Counted from the first letter of the stretch, positions 38,753 through 53,100 are shown. The stretch is DNA of 64,000 nt from Bugula neritina (GCA_964035545.1 OZ037770.1:3504662-3568661), one strand, 5' to 3'. The notes: a model not told the origin generated them from the sequence alone. Numbers and translations are program-made.

Positions 38753-39894
38753 GACTTTATCAAACAACGGACAAATTCACAAATAACAAAAGAAAACCAC
38801 CACAATACTAAACTCAAACTGCAACCATCAAAAGAGCCGCAAGTTCAACATAAAAAGAAAAAACAAACACAAAACTTCAGGCAGAACAACAGCAAGTATC
38901 AAACAAACAATTCAAATCACTGGAAGAGTAGAGAAAAGCCGTCAATGAATTGATTGCTCACAACCAGTGAATCATATAATCAGACTTAATCTGCAGCTGA
39001 AGTTAGTACGCGCTGCCACCATGTTGTATTCTTACCTTCGTATGATGATGTGAACGTTGCAGTCAATGACAAGTACGTTACTAGTAGTAAAATAAGAATT
39101 TAAAAGTATTTCTATGGCTGGCCAGCCGAAACCTAAACTTGACTTCTAACATTCGAAATCTCGCTTCTGCCCCGCTGGGGGTATATCCGGTGTGACATTG
39201 TAACACTAAACACAACAAAAATGATTTGAATTTAAAGCAGCCAAAAGACGCCAAATTATTATTTCATATCTATGCATGCACAAAAAAGGTACAAATAGCA
39301 ACATCAAGTTAAAACTTTTTATATCTGACACTGCATACTTCTTACCCTATGAGTCACACAGTCAATATTTACAGGATGATTCTAGAAATACATGGACTAG
39401 TATATAGCTAGAACACTTTCTGATAGTGAGATATATAAAGTTGATTATTTGAATGTTACTCATATGTTTACTATGGAAACAAGCAAACTACCACAGAAAA
39501 GTTTTTGAAAACTCATGTCCCAATAGTTAAAACATTTACTAGTTTTGCTAAAATGAAACTCACACCCATGCAGAGCTAAATTTGTTTAAACCTATATTCA
39601 TAGTAACAACCAGTAGATAACTTTGGTTGAAAGCAAAACTTGTAACTAAGTTTTTCATCAAAAATCTATCAAAACAACTCACCATCTGTTGCCATGGTTA
39701 CTAAAGATTTTACTGCTGATTTATTTCAATTCTGTACATCTAAAGGTTGGCAGCCCCATCTCTACAAAATGTACATGCAGATTCCTAAAAAAATGGCAGG
39801 TTTGAAAATAATAGATTAGCTGCAATATTTTTAACTGCCACTATTAAGCACTTTATACACAAATTTGTATAATAGTCAACAGTTATTTAACTAA

Positions 39895-42800
39895 TGTAAT
39901 AAATTAGTGAGGTTGGAACAATAACGTAAAAACATAACTCCTTGTAATTACTAGAAAAGAAGGTATCTTGAAATGTGTAGAAATAACTTTATTGTAGATA
40001 GCAATATCTAAAAGTTATCTGTATCTGGTGAGCTCCAGCCTTAGATTCACTCTACACTACAAGCTCCCCTCCTTCTCCACTCAGGAAACAGTCCTTTCAA
40101 AAATTTCTACCAATTTTCGGTTACAAATATCTTATGTCAGATGTGATGGAGTCTCCGATAGAACGCCGACACTCCGACATGATCGCCATTGGTCAAATCG
40201 AACAAGTAAGAGCTTTGACTCAAATGTCCGACATGCCTTATGTCAGACGAAGACCGGTTTACAGCATACAAAAGTAGAAGAGGCCAAAAAAGAATAAGAA
40301 TATTGTTGCGCTAGGGTAAATAATAGTAAAATAAAAAAGAACTCCAAAAGTCCCACCACTCACCCCCCCCCCCCCATTGAAAAGTATCTTTTTTTAATAA
40401 CTACCAAAAATGACACACAGAAAAACAAGATGCAAAGAACAAAATAACATAATACAAAAAGTCAACACACACCAGAATTGCAAAAAACAAAGTTACACTC
40501 ACACATACATATAATAAGATTAAACCAAATTTACAAGCCACCACTGGATTAAATAATGAATTAGGTAAGAATATTGTTCATACATGATTATTAAAGTGTA
40601 CATAATACAGTCCCCTCTCTCCTCGATGCTCAAGGCAAGAGATATGTCGCTTGAGGTAGAATAACGTCTCCTAATGGCGGCACATCGGCCGCCTCAGCTG
40701 ACATGCTTTGCTTTTGTAGGAGCTACATCTGCTGCTGGAGTAGCCTGCTGTTTCTTGACTTTTTCTTCTGTGTTGTTGTTGTCTGCTTGGGTACCGGACT
40801 GCCGTTAACCCGAGGTTGGGTGGCCGCTGACAGGGTGGCAGTGGCTGGAGTGTTCTTCTTGTTGGTCTTGTCAATTGTTGGCCGGAAGGCCAGAAATCCT
40901 AGAGCAAGAACTGCCTGTTTGTGGGGTTCTCCACGTCTTGCAAGATTAGCTCTAGGAACTTGTGGAATATGCCCTCATCGACCACAAATGTCTTGCCCAT
41001 GTGGCAACGGGCTATGTGCTAGTGGGGCAGTATCAAATTCTGTTAATGGTAGGAATACTCACCACATTGGCTAAATACACTGCTGAAATACACTGGTGAC
41101 ATGCTGACAAACGTGTACTCTCATTCTCCGGTAGGTGGAAAACCTCCAATCGCACTTGCGGCATTTGACATTACCCTATCCACCACACATTCGGTAAATC
41201 TGGAATCGTGTCTTGCTGGCTGTCCAGTAGCGCTGCAAGGTGAGGAGCCTGTGTAGCCTTAAAACATGACGGCCTTTTTCTTTGCCATCAAGTTAATTGG
41301 TGGTAGCTGCCCTACCGCTCAGGATGGTCTTTTCCTCTTCGTCAGACTGTCGCAGATCTACAGGGTCAAAAACAGACTCATCAAGGATGACTGGGGAGAC
41401 CACTTTGAGCTGTTAATAGCCGTGCAGGGTTTTGAGGAAGGTAAGAGTCAATGGTGTCAAGGTGCCTTCATACACTCAAGTAGCTCAGGCATACCTAGGA
41501 GAGTTATCAACTCTGCTTCCTAATCTAGAAGGTAATCATAAAGAAACTCTCTTCCCAGTTCCACCCGAGCCTCCTCAAAATCCACCAACTTAGTTTCAAT
41601 CCAACGGATTGTTTAATGAGTAATTTAAGTCTTGCTATACTCTTAAGGCAAAGGATCTAGCCCGAAAGAAATACCTGGCTGACTAAAGCTAGTGTTTTCT
41701 GGCAGAGTAAATCCCATGTCGTGGCAACAGTTATCCGAAAAAACACGTCTGCTCGTTGGGGAGTATTTAGTTAAAGTGCCTGAACCACATGTTATCAGGT
41801 TTTTATCTGACAACTTTGCGGTAACGCGCCCTGTCACCCAGTTCACTAATTATCACAGGGACAAATCTGAAGAGTGGAATTCCTTTAAGTTTTGACACCG
41901 TTCTTTAGCCACTTTTTGGGAATTTCTTCTTATCCCAGGATTAGTCTCAGTATTGGACTTAAAGCATTTACCCGTACTGAGTGTACAACTCCTCCCCTGG
42001 TAGCATCTCCAGGTGCCCAACATGGTAGCCAACCAGATACCTGGGCGATTCCCTACTTTTTTTTGGCTTTCATCTAGAACTACAGGTATTGATGAGGTTT
42101 GTTGTTCTGCAGGTTCTACAGGTGGACTGGTCTAGCCCTCGCCCACCTTAAGGATACAGGGCATCCTTTACCCCTAAAGCCACTGGGGCAAGCCTCAGAG
42201 CTGGATGGACCAGCGTTTGGATTAAGGAGCGGTTCCAGTCCGCTGTTAGGCCTAGAGATAAAGATCTGCTATTTCCTGGGTTGAACTGTGTTCTCTCTTG
42301 TGATGTGCCACTAAGCTGGCTCTTGTAGTAGAGGTGCTTGTCCTGCAGCGTCTGGGCCGGCTCTGAATAGCTTTAGCCGCTGCTTACAATAAACCGAGAT
42401 TTGTTCAGAGTGCTCCACTCAATAGTTGTGGTTGGGCAAAACCTCCACCACACCTTAGGGTCTAACAAATTTGGCAGGAGGCTTAGCAAACTGTTCGTGA
42501 TGCCTACGATAACTGATCATCCAAACCCAGTCACCTACCTGTTACAGAAGAGGGGGTTCTCTAAGTCTTCCATCGGCACTTTTCATTGTTTCTCCTGCAG
42601 AACTTCATGAGCTGTACTAATTCTCTCTATCAGTTTCTCCACATACACATGTAGTAGGGAATTGGGCACTGGAACAAAATAAGACAGGCATTCTGGAACC
42701 CTGGTCCCTCGGCCAAGCATCAGAAAATTTGGAGTTCCTCGGCCAAGCATCAGAAAATTTGTGGTTTCTCGGCCAAGCATCAGAAAGTGTGCCACTCGTT

Positions 42801-45113
42801 TTTTTGACCAACATTACTGGTGAGCTTCACACATCGTGGGCTGGCTCAATCAAGTCATGGTCAAGAAGGTTTCGCACCTGTCGGCCCGCTCTTTCTCCAG
42901 GCCCTGCGGTTTAGTTGGCTGCCTTATTGGCACAGTGCCTGCTGCCATGGGAATCTCATGGTGGATAATTTTAGTCAACCCCATATCATCACCTCCACAG
43001 TTGAATATGCCACTGTACCCTAGGAGTAGTTCAGCCAGTGTTTGGCACTCTGAGCAACTTGTACAGCTTCCACAAGCTCTTTCATACAGGTAAGCCACAT
43101 GCTGCGAAACCATTCTCTGTATGGTCCAAGAGTGGGTTCCCTGGGCGCTGGTCACTTTTTCCAGTACCAGTCTCACATCTTCTTCTTGGATAAAGTAGTA
43201 GTTTGCTACCAGTGCACCAGTCAGCAGTTTGATGGGTTGATGCATTGCTCGAGAAGCTCCCCAACAGTCTAGCCAACTCAGGCTGTTTGTCAGTTGAGTC
43301 TTTCTATACATGCCTTCCACCACTTCAAACTACGTAATCATCCTGCAGTTGACTCTGCAGCATAGAGTCACCTGAGATTGACCTGGTACCGTGCAGTTCT
43401 ATATTACTTGGGTTTTTCCCACTAAGGACCTGCCAAATTTGTCAACACAGATAAGTTTTTCTCCCAGCCATCACAATAGCTGACTTTTAGAAATCCATGT
43501 GACACTGGTGTTTCTCCAGAAATAAAATGCCAAAGATGGCATTCTCCTTTACCTAGTTGAAGATGAAGGTCTTGTAGATCACCTGATCATGAACTGGCCT
43601 AGGTAGTGTAATGATGCCGTAGAAAGGAAAGCCTGACCAGTCTGCTAGCGTACCATGTGCACCTTCACACGGCTCACGGCTTGCCGGGTTCTGAGCTCAA
43701 AAAGTTTTGAAAAGATCCTGATTCACCATGTTCATTGTGGACCAGTAGGAAAACCCCAGTTTTACCTGTAATCTAATCGAGTAGAAAGTAGCTGCCACTG
43801 TACGACTGGGTGCTCCTAAAGCTGCCAGTGTCTGGTGGAAACACTTCTTGGGTTCTTGACCAGACAGGAACATTCCATGGCCGGGCATATGCTGACTAGC
43901 TTGAGTCTGCAGCATTTTTATCACCGCTGTCTGCAGGTCCTTTACTGTATCCAGCAACATGGGGATTTTTGTAGAGGCCGGCTAGTTCGTGGTATCAGCC
44001 GCGACTTGAGGTCCTGGCTTGGTGGGTTTGACCGCCTCCTGTGCTGTTTCTTCGTGATTGTTAGCAAGCAAATGTTCTCCTTTGGTCTTTTCACTTGGCT
44101 ATAGGTTTTTCCCATCTCTCCTGCTACTTCAATAGAGTCCACCTTAGCCACCAGGAAATAGCGCAGTAGTCCTGCATTATTTAGTGTTTTTAAAACCTAC
44201 TCATATGCCAGGTTTTGTGCTATTTCTTGTTGGTTCGACTGTTGGCAGTTTGTGACAACCTCTCTATCTGATTATCGCGAACTTGAAAAGTTGTCCTACG
44301 GTCTCTTTTGAGACTCTGCAGCTTTTCTCCTGCGTCTTGAGCGGTCATATCAAATTATATCCCTAGGGCCTGAAAGATGTATGTGGCTCACGTCAGGACC
44401 CAGGTCTTAACAATTCGCCTTTTCTGTTAAGCAGGTCCAGAGCTGGAAGAGTCCCATCGGCGCCAGCAATTTGGCGATGGTGGCCACATTTTCAAACTCG
44501 AAACTGTTTGCAGATGCCGCCTGCCCAGTCCGGCTGACGTCTCATGGGACTCTAACCTATGTCTTCATTGTGAGGGCTCCTTTTTTTGGCCGTGCTCCTT
44601 CTGCACTGCTCATCTTGCCCTTCTGTCTCTCTATTTAAGATCACCTAATTGTTCCAAAACTCCATCGCTGCCACCAATGTAATAATTTGGTCTAGTTAGA
44701 ACAATTAAGTGGAGAACATAACTCCTTGTATTTAATAGAGAGAAGAGAGTATCTTGAAATGTGTAGAGATAACTTTATTGTAGATAGCAATTTCTAAAAG
44801 TGGTTTTTGTCTGGTGAGATCCAGCAGTTGAATGGCTCTACACTGCGAGCTCGCCTCCTTACATACACTGGAAACATTTCTTCCAGAAGACTCTATCGGT
44901 CTTCGGCTGAAAGTTGATCATGTCGGAGTCTTCAATCAGACGCCCGACATTCCGACATAACCAACATTGGTCATGTTGGACGTGTCGCAGCTCCGACTCG
45001 ATTGTCAAACACTCCGACATGCTAGATCTCGGACAAAGACTGTTTCTTTCAGTATAAAAAAATAAAACAGCCCAAAAAAAGATTACCGTTGCGCTAGGTT
45101 AAATAATAGAACA
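39895..45113 (-). mobile_element. Old degenerate Ty3/Gypsy LTR element related to 10253-14469
   Basis: Diverged LTRs start at 39895 and 44678, sharing CATAACTCCTTGTA, GTATCTTGAAATGTGTAGA and GTTGCGCTAGG; their far ends are uncertain. PBS TGGTGGCAGCGATG at 44663-44676. Remnants of gag, protease, RT start (IIHHEIPMAAGTVPIRQP), integrase tail (FLMLGRGTRVP), and a zinc-finger ORF at about 41055-41170. Confidence 0.8.
42708..42786. repeat. 30-bp tandem repeat (about 2.6 copies) in the integrase remnant
   Basis: CTCGGCCAAGCATCAGAAA occurs three times at a 30-bp period, encoding FLMLGR x3. Confidence 0.85.
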
Positions 45114-45960
45114 GTAATTATATACTGAAAAATACTGCAATATGTTGTAATATGCTGATTCATACTGTAATAAATTGTAATACACTGTGTTATACAGGAA
45201 CAGATTGTAATATACTGAAAACTACTGTAATGCATAGTATTATACTGATATGTAGTTTGATATTTTGTAATATACTGTAACACACTGTAGCAGATTGTAA
45301 TATACTAAAAATACTGCAATCCAACATAATACGCTGCAATATACCACAATAATATAATACACTGTAACAAATTGTCAGACAATGTAGTATCCTGCTTAAT
45401 ATTCTGTAGGAAACTGTAAGACATGGCAATACAATGTAATGAAATGTAATATTGTTGTAGTTTTCAAAACTATGTGATTGTGGGTACTTGTGCATGTTTC
45501 TAATTAGTACATCTCCAGGATGTTATGCAATTAACTTCATGATAGATCAGAAGCATAAGAATAAAGTGTATTAAATAATAACAATATAACAAAGAGAAAA
45601 CTCTACTACTTTCGCAGGAGGCACACAGCTATTATTTATCTCTGGACCACGTGTTGATATCCAATCCTGATTGGAGGGAACAGTTTAGTATGACCCAGTC
45701 CCATTGCCCCCCCCCCTCCCTGCATATGTCAAGCTGGCAGACTAGAAGGCAAACGCTATGACGTACTAACTAGATTATGTAGCATATGTGTTAGTGTCCA
45801 TAAAAAGAGAAAGAGACGAGTCCCCTTTTTGGCTCTCTATGAGCCATTACAATATATAGTATAATACACTGTAATACACTGTAATATACTGTAATATACT
45901 GAGATATACAATAATACATTGTTATACACTGCAATACACTGTAATATACTGTAATACATT
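45114..45960. repeat. Degenerate ~10-bp AATA(T/C)ACTGT repeats (two patches: about 45114-45450 and 45860-45960)
   Basis: Recurrent ATACACTGTA / ATATACTGTA units. Confidence 0.6.
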
Positions 45961-47964
45961 CTACTAGACAACTCCAAAGCTCAGCAAACTATGCACTCCT
46001 AATCATTTTCCCCAGAACCATTAGAATCAGTGGCTATGCCTGCTCAGTTACATATAATGCATGCGATATGTTGATCACATTTTGTACTACTTGCATTTAT
46101 ACAATGCACAGCTTTGTGTAGCTATTAGTGACTGTGAAACAGGTTCACTAGAAGTAAACTATAAATAAAAGCTTATATAGAGTTATTATAAAATACAAAA
46201 CCTTGAAACTTACTTGGCATGATTAGTGTGAGCTGTTGATTGCTAGTTGCCACCTGCTAGCTACTTTCCAGCTGCCATTTGCTAATTGCCAGTTGCCCTT
46301 TGCTGATAGCCAGCTACCATTTGCTAGTTGCTGTTGTAGTTTCTACACCTAAATGATCCTGCAACCTCGACTTGCAATGTTGAAGTAAAACTCAACTGCC
46401 TGTTGATTTGTTACTCCTCCTGTTACTATGCAGCTGTAACAAAAACATATAATTGAAATACTAATGCATATACTGAGTGCATAGCAACATACACAACAGT
46501 TAATAGAAATTTTAGGGTGTTGTTTAGATTTGCTGGCTCAAATATTAATGATCATTGTGCTCAGCCATTGTGTATATTTTTACAGCATTGTTTAGATTTA
46601 CCAGTTCAACTAAAAAGTTCTTTGAAAGCAGAAATAATACTCAATATAATTTTAATTAAGAAGTAATGCTGCATTTTGTTCTCTTTGTGAGAAAATTGTA
46701 TCGGTTAGAGCTAACAATAATGCTGTCAAATTTAAACATACAGAGTCAACTATTTGTGTTATTCTCTCACACAGTTTAAATACCTACTAATATTATAGCA
46801 GTAAAATAAGTTAGAGCAGGTAAAGAAGTTCCTATATAACACAAAGCACAAGCAGTGCATAGAAGTTTTTACTGAAAAGAGTTACAGAGAAGTATACTAT
46901 GAAAGCCATAAAGCCATATACTCTTGTGTCAGCTTTCCATGTAACTTGATGAGAGTCATCTACATTGCTGTCACAATAAAATTAGTCAGCTATAAGTTGA
47001 CAACTTATTCAATCACCTTGATCAAAACCGAGCCATGATTCCCTCTACAAACCTAGTCTTTCTCCTTTGCTTGTCCCACGACCTATAGGAGTGGTAATTA
47101 GTAAGATTGTTAGCTGTGCTGTGTATGCAGTGGTTAAAACTTTGTTACTGTTAAAACAACAGTGGTTAAACTACTATAAAAATATGTTCACTAAACTTTA
47201 TAGCTGGGCTTTTTGTGAGAAACTCTTGATGGAAAAGGGATTTTGTTAAATATCGGCTAAAAATAGTTGAAAAAAATTTATTATATGCCACAAATTTTCT
47301 TGTTTGTGATAATATTATATTTAGTTTATGAGTATTGAATTTGTTATTTAAATTATACACATAACTCTTGCAACAAAATAGAATTATGTCTGTGAATATA
47401 TTCTAAGGATGAAATCTGGACAATATGCATCTAATAGCTGATGCTGTCTTTTCATCACAGTATTTTACAAACTTGTTTTATATATTTCTGTTAATGTGAC
47501 ATTCATCATAGTCATTGAGCTGACTGTGAGAGAATATTATAATAAATAACTTGTATAGTCAAGCTTTAGACCCTCATGGATAACTTATATATGATACTTG
47601 GCTCTTATTGAGTTATTAGTGCTTTTACCGAGTGTATATAGCAACATGAACAAGATGTATTATATATTATTGTATCAGTTATATTGTGTATATTATTATA
47701 GCTTAGTTAAAGAATATATATTGGTATGTAGTATAGAAAGGAGTATTGAATTAAGCAGGTGAGCATCCACACTAGCTTTTGCTTAACTATTTGCTAGTTC
47801 AATGAACAACTATGTGAACTAATAATGCAAAGTCCTATATTAACCCAAAGTATGGAATTTGTGTTTACACAAAGAAGACTATTGAAGACTATATAATAAG
47901 CTGCTTTACTTCTTTGTGCAGTTTAAATTGCTTGCAAAAAATGATTTAGAGCAAGCTTTGCCTA

Positions 47965-48056
47965 GTTGTGTGTGTTGTGTGTGTTGTGTGTGTTGTGTGT
48001 GTTGTGTGTGTTGTGTGTGTTGTGTGTTGTGTGTTGTGTGTTGTGTGTTGTGTGTG

Positions 48057-48105
<49 letters not shown>

Positions 48106-48132
48106 GTGTGTGTGTATTGTATGTTGTGTGTG
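47965..48132. repeat. Compound (GTTGTGTGT)n/(GT)n microsatellite
   Basis: Directly visible. Confidence 0.95.
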
Positions 48133-48914
48133 AGTATCAGAAGTTTTTACTACAAATAGAACTTTGCCACCCCCCAATGTTAAGCCTCGCCCAACTGATA
48201 TCTACTATAACTATATGAAATGTTATATTTGGGTTCATGTTGTAAATATGAATTATATTATTTCTTGCATTACTAATACTAAAACATATGAATGGCTGTT
48301 GCGTAATAATAGTAATAATTACAAAGCTAAAACATATAAGTTTCTGCTACATAATAAATGTAAATTATGATATTTGTGAGATTTGTATAACAGTAAACTA
48401 ACAAATATTTTGATAACACAAATGCTCTGCTATTATATGCATAAGAATGGTTGGCCTCCAGCGACACCTAAAGTGTTTCCAAAAATAAATTCTTCAGAAA
48501 AGAGTTTAAGTGAGTCCGATTATGGAAAAAAAACAGTGCACAACAAAAATGATCATGAAAACTATAATTAATCAACCGTGAAGCACTTATTTGGAGAGTT
48601 GTCTTCCTCAAAATTGGTGCAAAGAGCGAGACTTATGTTACCAAAGTTCAACGTGCAAATAGCCACTAAGCTACACGATGTTAAATATGCCGCTTCAGTA
48701 AAAGCTTTACCGAATCCATGTCGTACACTTCTACACCTAAGTCGGTTATTAAAACATTGATCATAAAAATTAATAGTTAATTTAAGTGCTCCAGTATCCC
48801 ATATAATTCTTGTTTACTTTATGATCATACATTTTTAGAACATGTCCGGTGACATTAATAATGCTCATATAGTTATATATAATTATTGTTGGTAATGCTA
48901 ATTTTAATAGTATT

Positions 48915-49480
48915 TAGTACTACTAATACTAATAGTAATACTAATAGTAATAGTAATTATTTATTGTAATACTAATACTAGTAATAGTAATACTAATACT
49001 AATAGTAATAGTAATACTTAAAGTTATACTAATACTAATAGTAATACTAATAGTAATTAGACTTAGTAAATGTTATTACTAAAACTAGAAGTAAAATTAA
49101 AAGTAAATTACTGTTAGTATTACAGTATGAGTATTAGTATTACTATTAGTAAAACTAAATTAGGTTAAAAATTATTATTAAATTCAATTTGTAAATTGAT
49201 ATTATCATAATTTTAATTATTATTAACAAAATCATTAATATTCATTAAACTTGAACAATACAATTGATATCCTAATCGTTGAAGTTGATAAACTTCAGTG
49301 TCAGTGTTAGACTAATACTATAGTAATACTAATAGTAATACTATGATATTCATAGTGACTTATGCTATTAGTATTAGTATTACGATTAGTATTACTCACT
49401 ATTATTATTAGTATTACTAATACTAATGGTAATAGTAATACCATTACTATTAGTATTAGCAATACTAATAGAGTAATAGT
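48915..49480. repeat. TAATAC/TAATAG low-complexity repeats
   Basis: Degenerate 6-mer runs in both orientations. Confidence 0.7.
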
Positions 49481-50198
49481 GTTAGTGTTTTAGTATGACT
49501 CATGTTGATGATAATATTAAAAGTGACTTCATGTTATACCCGATCACAATGAATATGATTGACAAACTTATAATGCTGATATGGTACTGCATTATGAATC
49601 TTTTGCTTGTATTATATATGATGCTCATACACTTTGACTTACACTGATTCCTATTAATTTCCATAATGATCATCAGTGATGATGTTATTGTAACTGATTA
49701 GTGGGTTGCAAAGACTGATGAGTGAATGATTATTACGAATCAGTAGTATTTGATAGTTTATTGTTGTAATCATGTCGTCATTAACACAGCTACAATACTT
49801 CATTACTGATCATACTCGTAGTGGTACTAATAACCTAATAGTAATAGTGGTAGTGCTAATTATAATCATCATGATGCGAGAATGTTAAGTGATCACTCTG
49901 GTTAGTTGAACTTAATAAATATTTTACCTTCAATATTTACTGAAAAGCTGTTTGATGAAGATGTGTTCTTATTTTGTATGAACACTCGCAATGACACTGT
50001 CTACTGTATTTGTCAGTTATATATCACGTTTTCATTGAGATCACAATTTTAAAAATGACCCCAAATTGTTTTACTTCTGTCACTATTACTATCATTTTAT
50101 TAATTTACCTTTAAAATTAGATTTCTAACCAAACTTATCATTGATTTAAAAATACCATTTACTTTTTAGGGATATGTGATGTAGTCTGCCATTGACTG

Positions 50199-53100
50199 AT
50201 GATGCTATCTGACAAGCTATGTCTTGGTCTGTTGGTGGCTGTGTGTCTTGTAGTGTACCAAGGAGCTCTCCACTGTGACTTTGTGTTTGATGATGTGTCT
50301 GCGGTTAAGGAAAATAAAGACCTCAGGCCAGACACATCATATCTTAACTTGTTCTATAATGACTTTTGGGGCACTCCCATGAATAAAGTATGTTGTTTAT
50401 TCTAGTCCTCATATAGCTTATCAAACTGTTCAGTAACTGAGTTTATTTAATAATAGAGTTTCCTGATTGGTCAGCTGTATATCTAGCTAAGTTTTCATAC
50501 AGATTCTGTTTGTTGCAATAATTTGGTTTTTCTTAAAGTTCATGAACTCAGCTCCTTGATAAAAGTAAGTTTTCTTTGAGTTTATATAATGATATGTTTG
50601 AAATTTATCTCTTTGTATGCTTTTGTGGTAATAATTTAGTGTTTTATTTTGGTATTTGTTTATTTTGTGTCGCCACTTTATTTTCTCAAGTTACTCAAGT
50701 TGTTATGTTTATTTTTTAGGCTGCACTAACTATACATTTATGTTTTTAGTTATTGATTAATCAATGTTAGTCTCAAAAACCTGTAAACCTTTTGAGTAAA
50801 TACTTTTGTGATTTTATGATAATTTCAACAGTTTCCCGCATTATAATTCTGAGATATTTCTTGTAGGAGAAAAGCCACAAATCCTATCGACCTCTAACTG
50901 TACTCACTTTCAGATTGAATTACTGGTTTGGAGAACTGGAGCCGTATGGATATCATCTTCTCAACGTCATTCTACACTCATTAGTCACTGTCCAGTTTTA
51001 TTGGTGAGCTCAGATTTTCATTGTGTGGATTAGATCTTGAATATAATAGGTTTTTTGTTATACTCAAGTATTGTATACTCTCAGGCTATGTAGAGATATA
51101 CTCAAGTATTGTATACTCTCAGGCTATGTAGAGATATACTCAAGTATTGTATACTCTCAGGCTATGTAAAGATATACTCAAGTATTGTATACTCTCAGGC
51201 TATGTAAAGATATACTCAAGTATTGTATACTCTCAGGCTATGTAAAGATATACTCAAGTATTGTATACTCTCAGGCTATGTAAAGATATACTCAAGTATT
51301 GTATACTCTCAGGCTATGTAAAGATATACTCAAGTATTGTATACTCTCAGGCTATGTAAAGATATACTCAAGTATTGTATACTCTCAGGCTATGTAAAGA
51401 TATACTCAAGTATTGTATACTCTCAGGCTATGTAAAGATATACTCAAGTATTGTATACTCTCAGGCTATGTAAAGATATACCCAAGTATTGTATACTCTC
51501 AGGCTCTGTAAAGATATACTCAAGTATTGTATACTCTCAGGCTATGTAAAGATATACTCAAGTGCTGTGCGATGGCTAGCCTCAGTTCCTCACTCTTATT
51601 TGCCGTTCACCCGGTGCATGTTGAAGCTGTGACTGGCGTTGTGGGTTGGGCCGAACTACTTTCTGCCTCACTGGCTTTATTAGTCATGCTGGTATACGAT
51701 AAGTCAATCCACAGCAAAGGAATTGCCAGTAAGTGTTTTGCCATTAGAGTTATCTTTCCTATTTTATTCTAATACAGTGCTCCCTCCATATCTCACTAAG
51801 CTGCGGGTCCTGAAACCTCAATTCATGACATACTAGATTACTAGATTTAACTCATGGATCTATTAAAGTCACCCATCTTGTCCCTATATACATGTACATA
51901 AGGGACAAAACAGGGTCCAAGCTCTTCTAGTGAATTATGGGATTCCCTGAGATATGGAGCCGTGAGATATGGAGGGAGCACTGTATTTTCATGCTGACAC
52001 ATGTCAATGAGGTCATCACTAATGTTTCAGAGACTAGGATCAGTCTAATTGATTTAATCATCTATTTAATTCTCTATTCAATTTAGTCCTTAGCTACATG
52101 AGTTTACTATTACAGCATGAGTCAGCTTTGTGTTCAGTTGAAATGGGGTTTTGTATTCTAAAGCAAAAAGAGTATTTCATGGAGTACTTTCATTTTTAAA
52201 GTACAAACTTCATTTTCACATGAAATATGTTTTGGAGTTGTTTCCTTTTATACCAACTGATCAGTTTGCCTATCTACCAATATATTTTGTGTTTATTTCT
52301 ACTTTGTGAATGGCAGATAAACAGTCTACTAGTAATCACTCTCCTGTATCTTCACTACTCTGCTACCTGTTAACTCTGAACCTTTCAGGTATATTTGGTT
52401 ACCTGTGTACTGTACTGTTGCTGTTGGCTGCCACTCTGTGTAAGGAACAAGGCATCACCATCTCTGCCGTCTGCCTGCTTTACGATCTATTTATAGTACA
52501 ACAGGTAAGAAGTACCTGCACCTTGGTGTCACTCAATGCGTGAATTACAGCAAAGCTGGCCAACAGGTGGCCCCAGGGTCGGATGTGGCCCCCAGCTTAC
52601 ATTTATGTGGCCCTTGAAGGCATAACAGATAAACTTATATATGAATTAGAGTAGGAAAACCTCCCTTTAAATGTCTTATCTTTATATAAATTAAAAACAT
52701 GCAGCCTGCAGTAGTGATAAACACTTTATTGTGTAATGATTCATAGGAATTTGGAATAAAGTTATTAGAAATTTACTGATACTTTGGCTCCCCCAGCTCA
52801 AGCTAAATTTACAATGTGGCCCTCACTACCAGAATATTCCCTTTCAGTGACCCTGAAAAGGTTGGACAACCCTTAATTACAGTTTAGTGATAAGTGATGA
52901 CCTGTTTAGTAGTACCAAGTATTTAATCAAATACAGTCCAGGCTGCATCACCTAAACTCTATGGAAATGGTAGTAGATTCTAACCTACACTGTGGTTGCT
53001 ATGGAAACTCATTATATACTATAATTAGACCAACCAAGTGTTTGAAAATATGCTGCAGTCAATTTTACATAATGCACATTTATACAGTTGATTTTGCCTT

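Larger units (their letters stand above)
32403..39217 (-). mobile_element. Ty3/Gypsy (Mag-like) LTR retrotransposon with identical LTRs
   Basis: 196-bp LTRs at 32403-32598 and 39022-39217, identical on manual comparison. 5-bp TSD AAAAT. PBS TGGTGGCAGCG (tRNA-Leu type); PPT GAGAGGGAGGA. Single gag-pol frame with two zinc knuckles, DTGA, YFDD, RNase H VDAS, and integrase. Confidence 0.95.

Noticed and set aside
47916-48218. Cys/Val-rich and His/Thr-rich ORFs
   Set aside because: Translation of a GT microsatellite.
51059-51563. CRISPR-like array of 38-bp repeats
   Set aside because: Head-to-tail repeats with no unique spacers, no cas genes, and a eukaryotic intron context.
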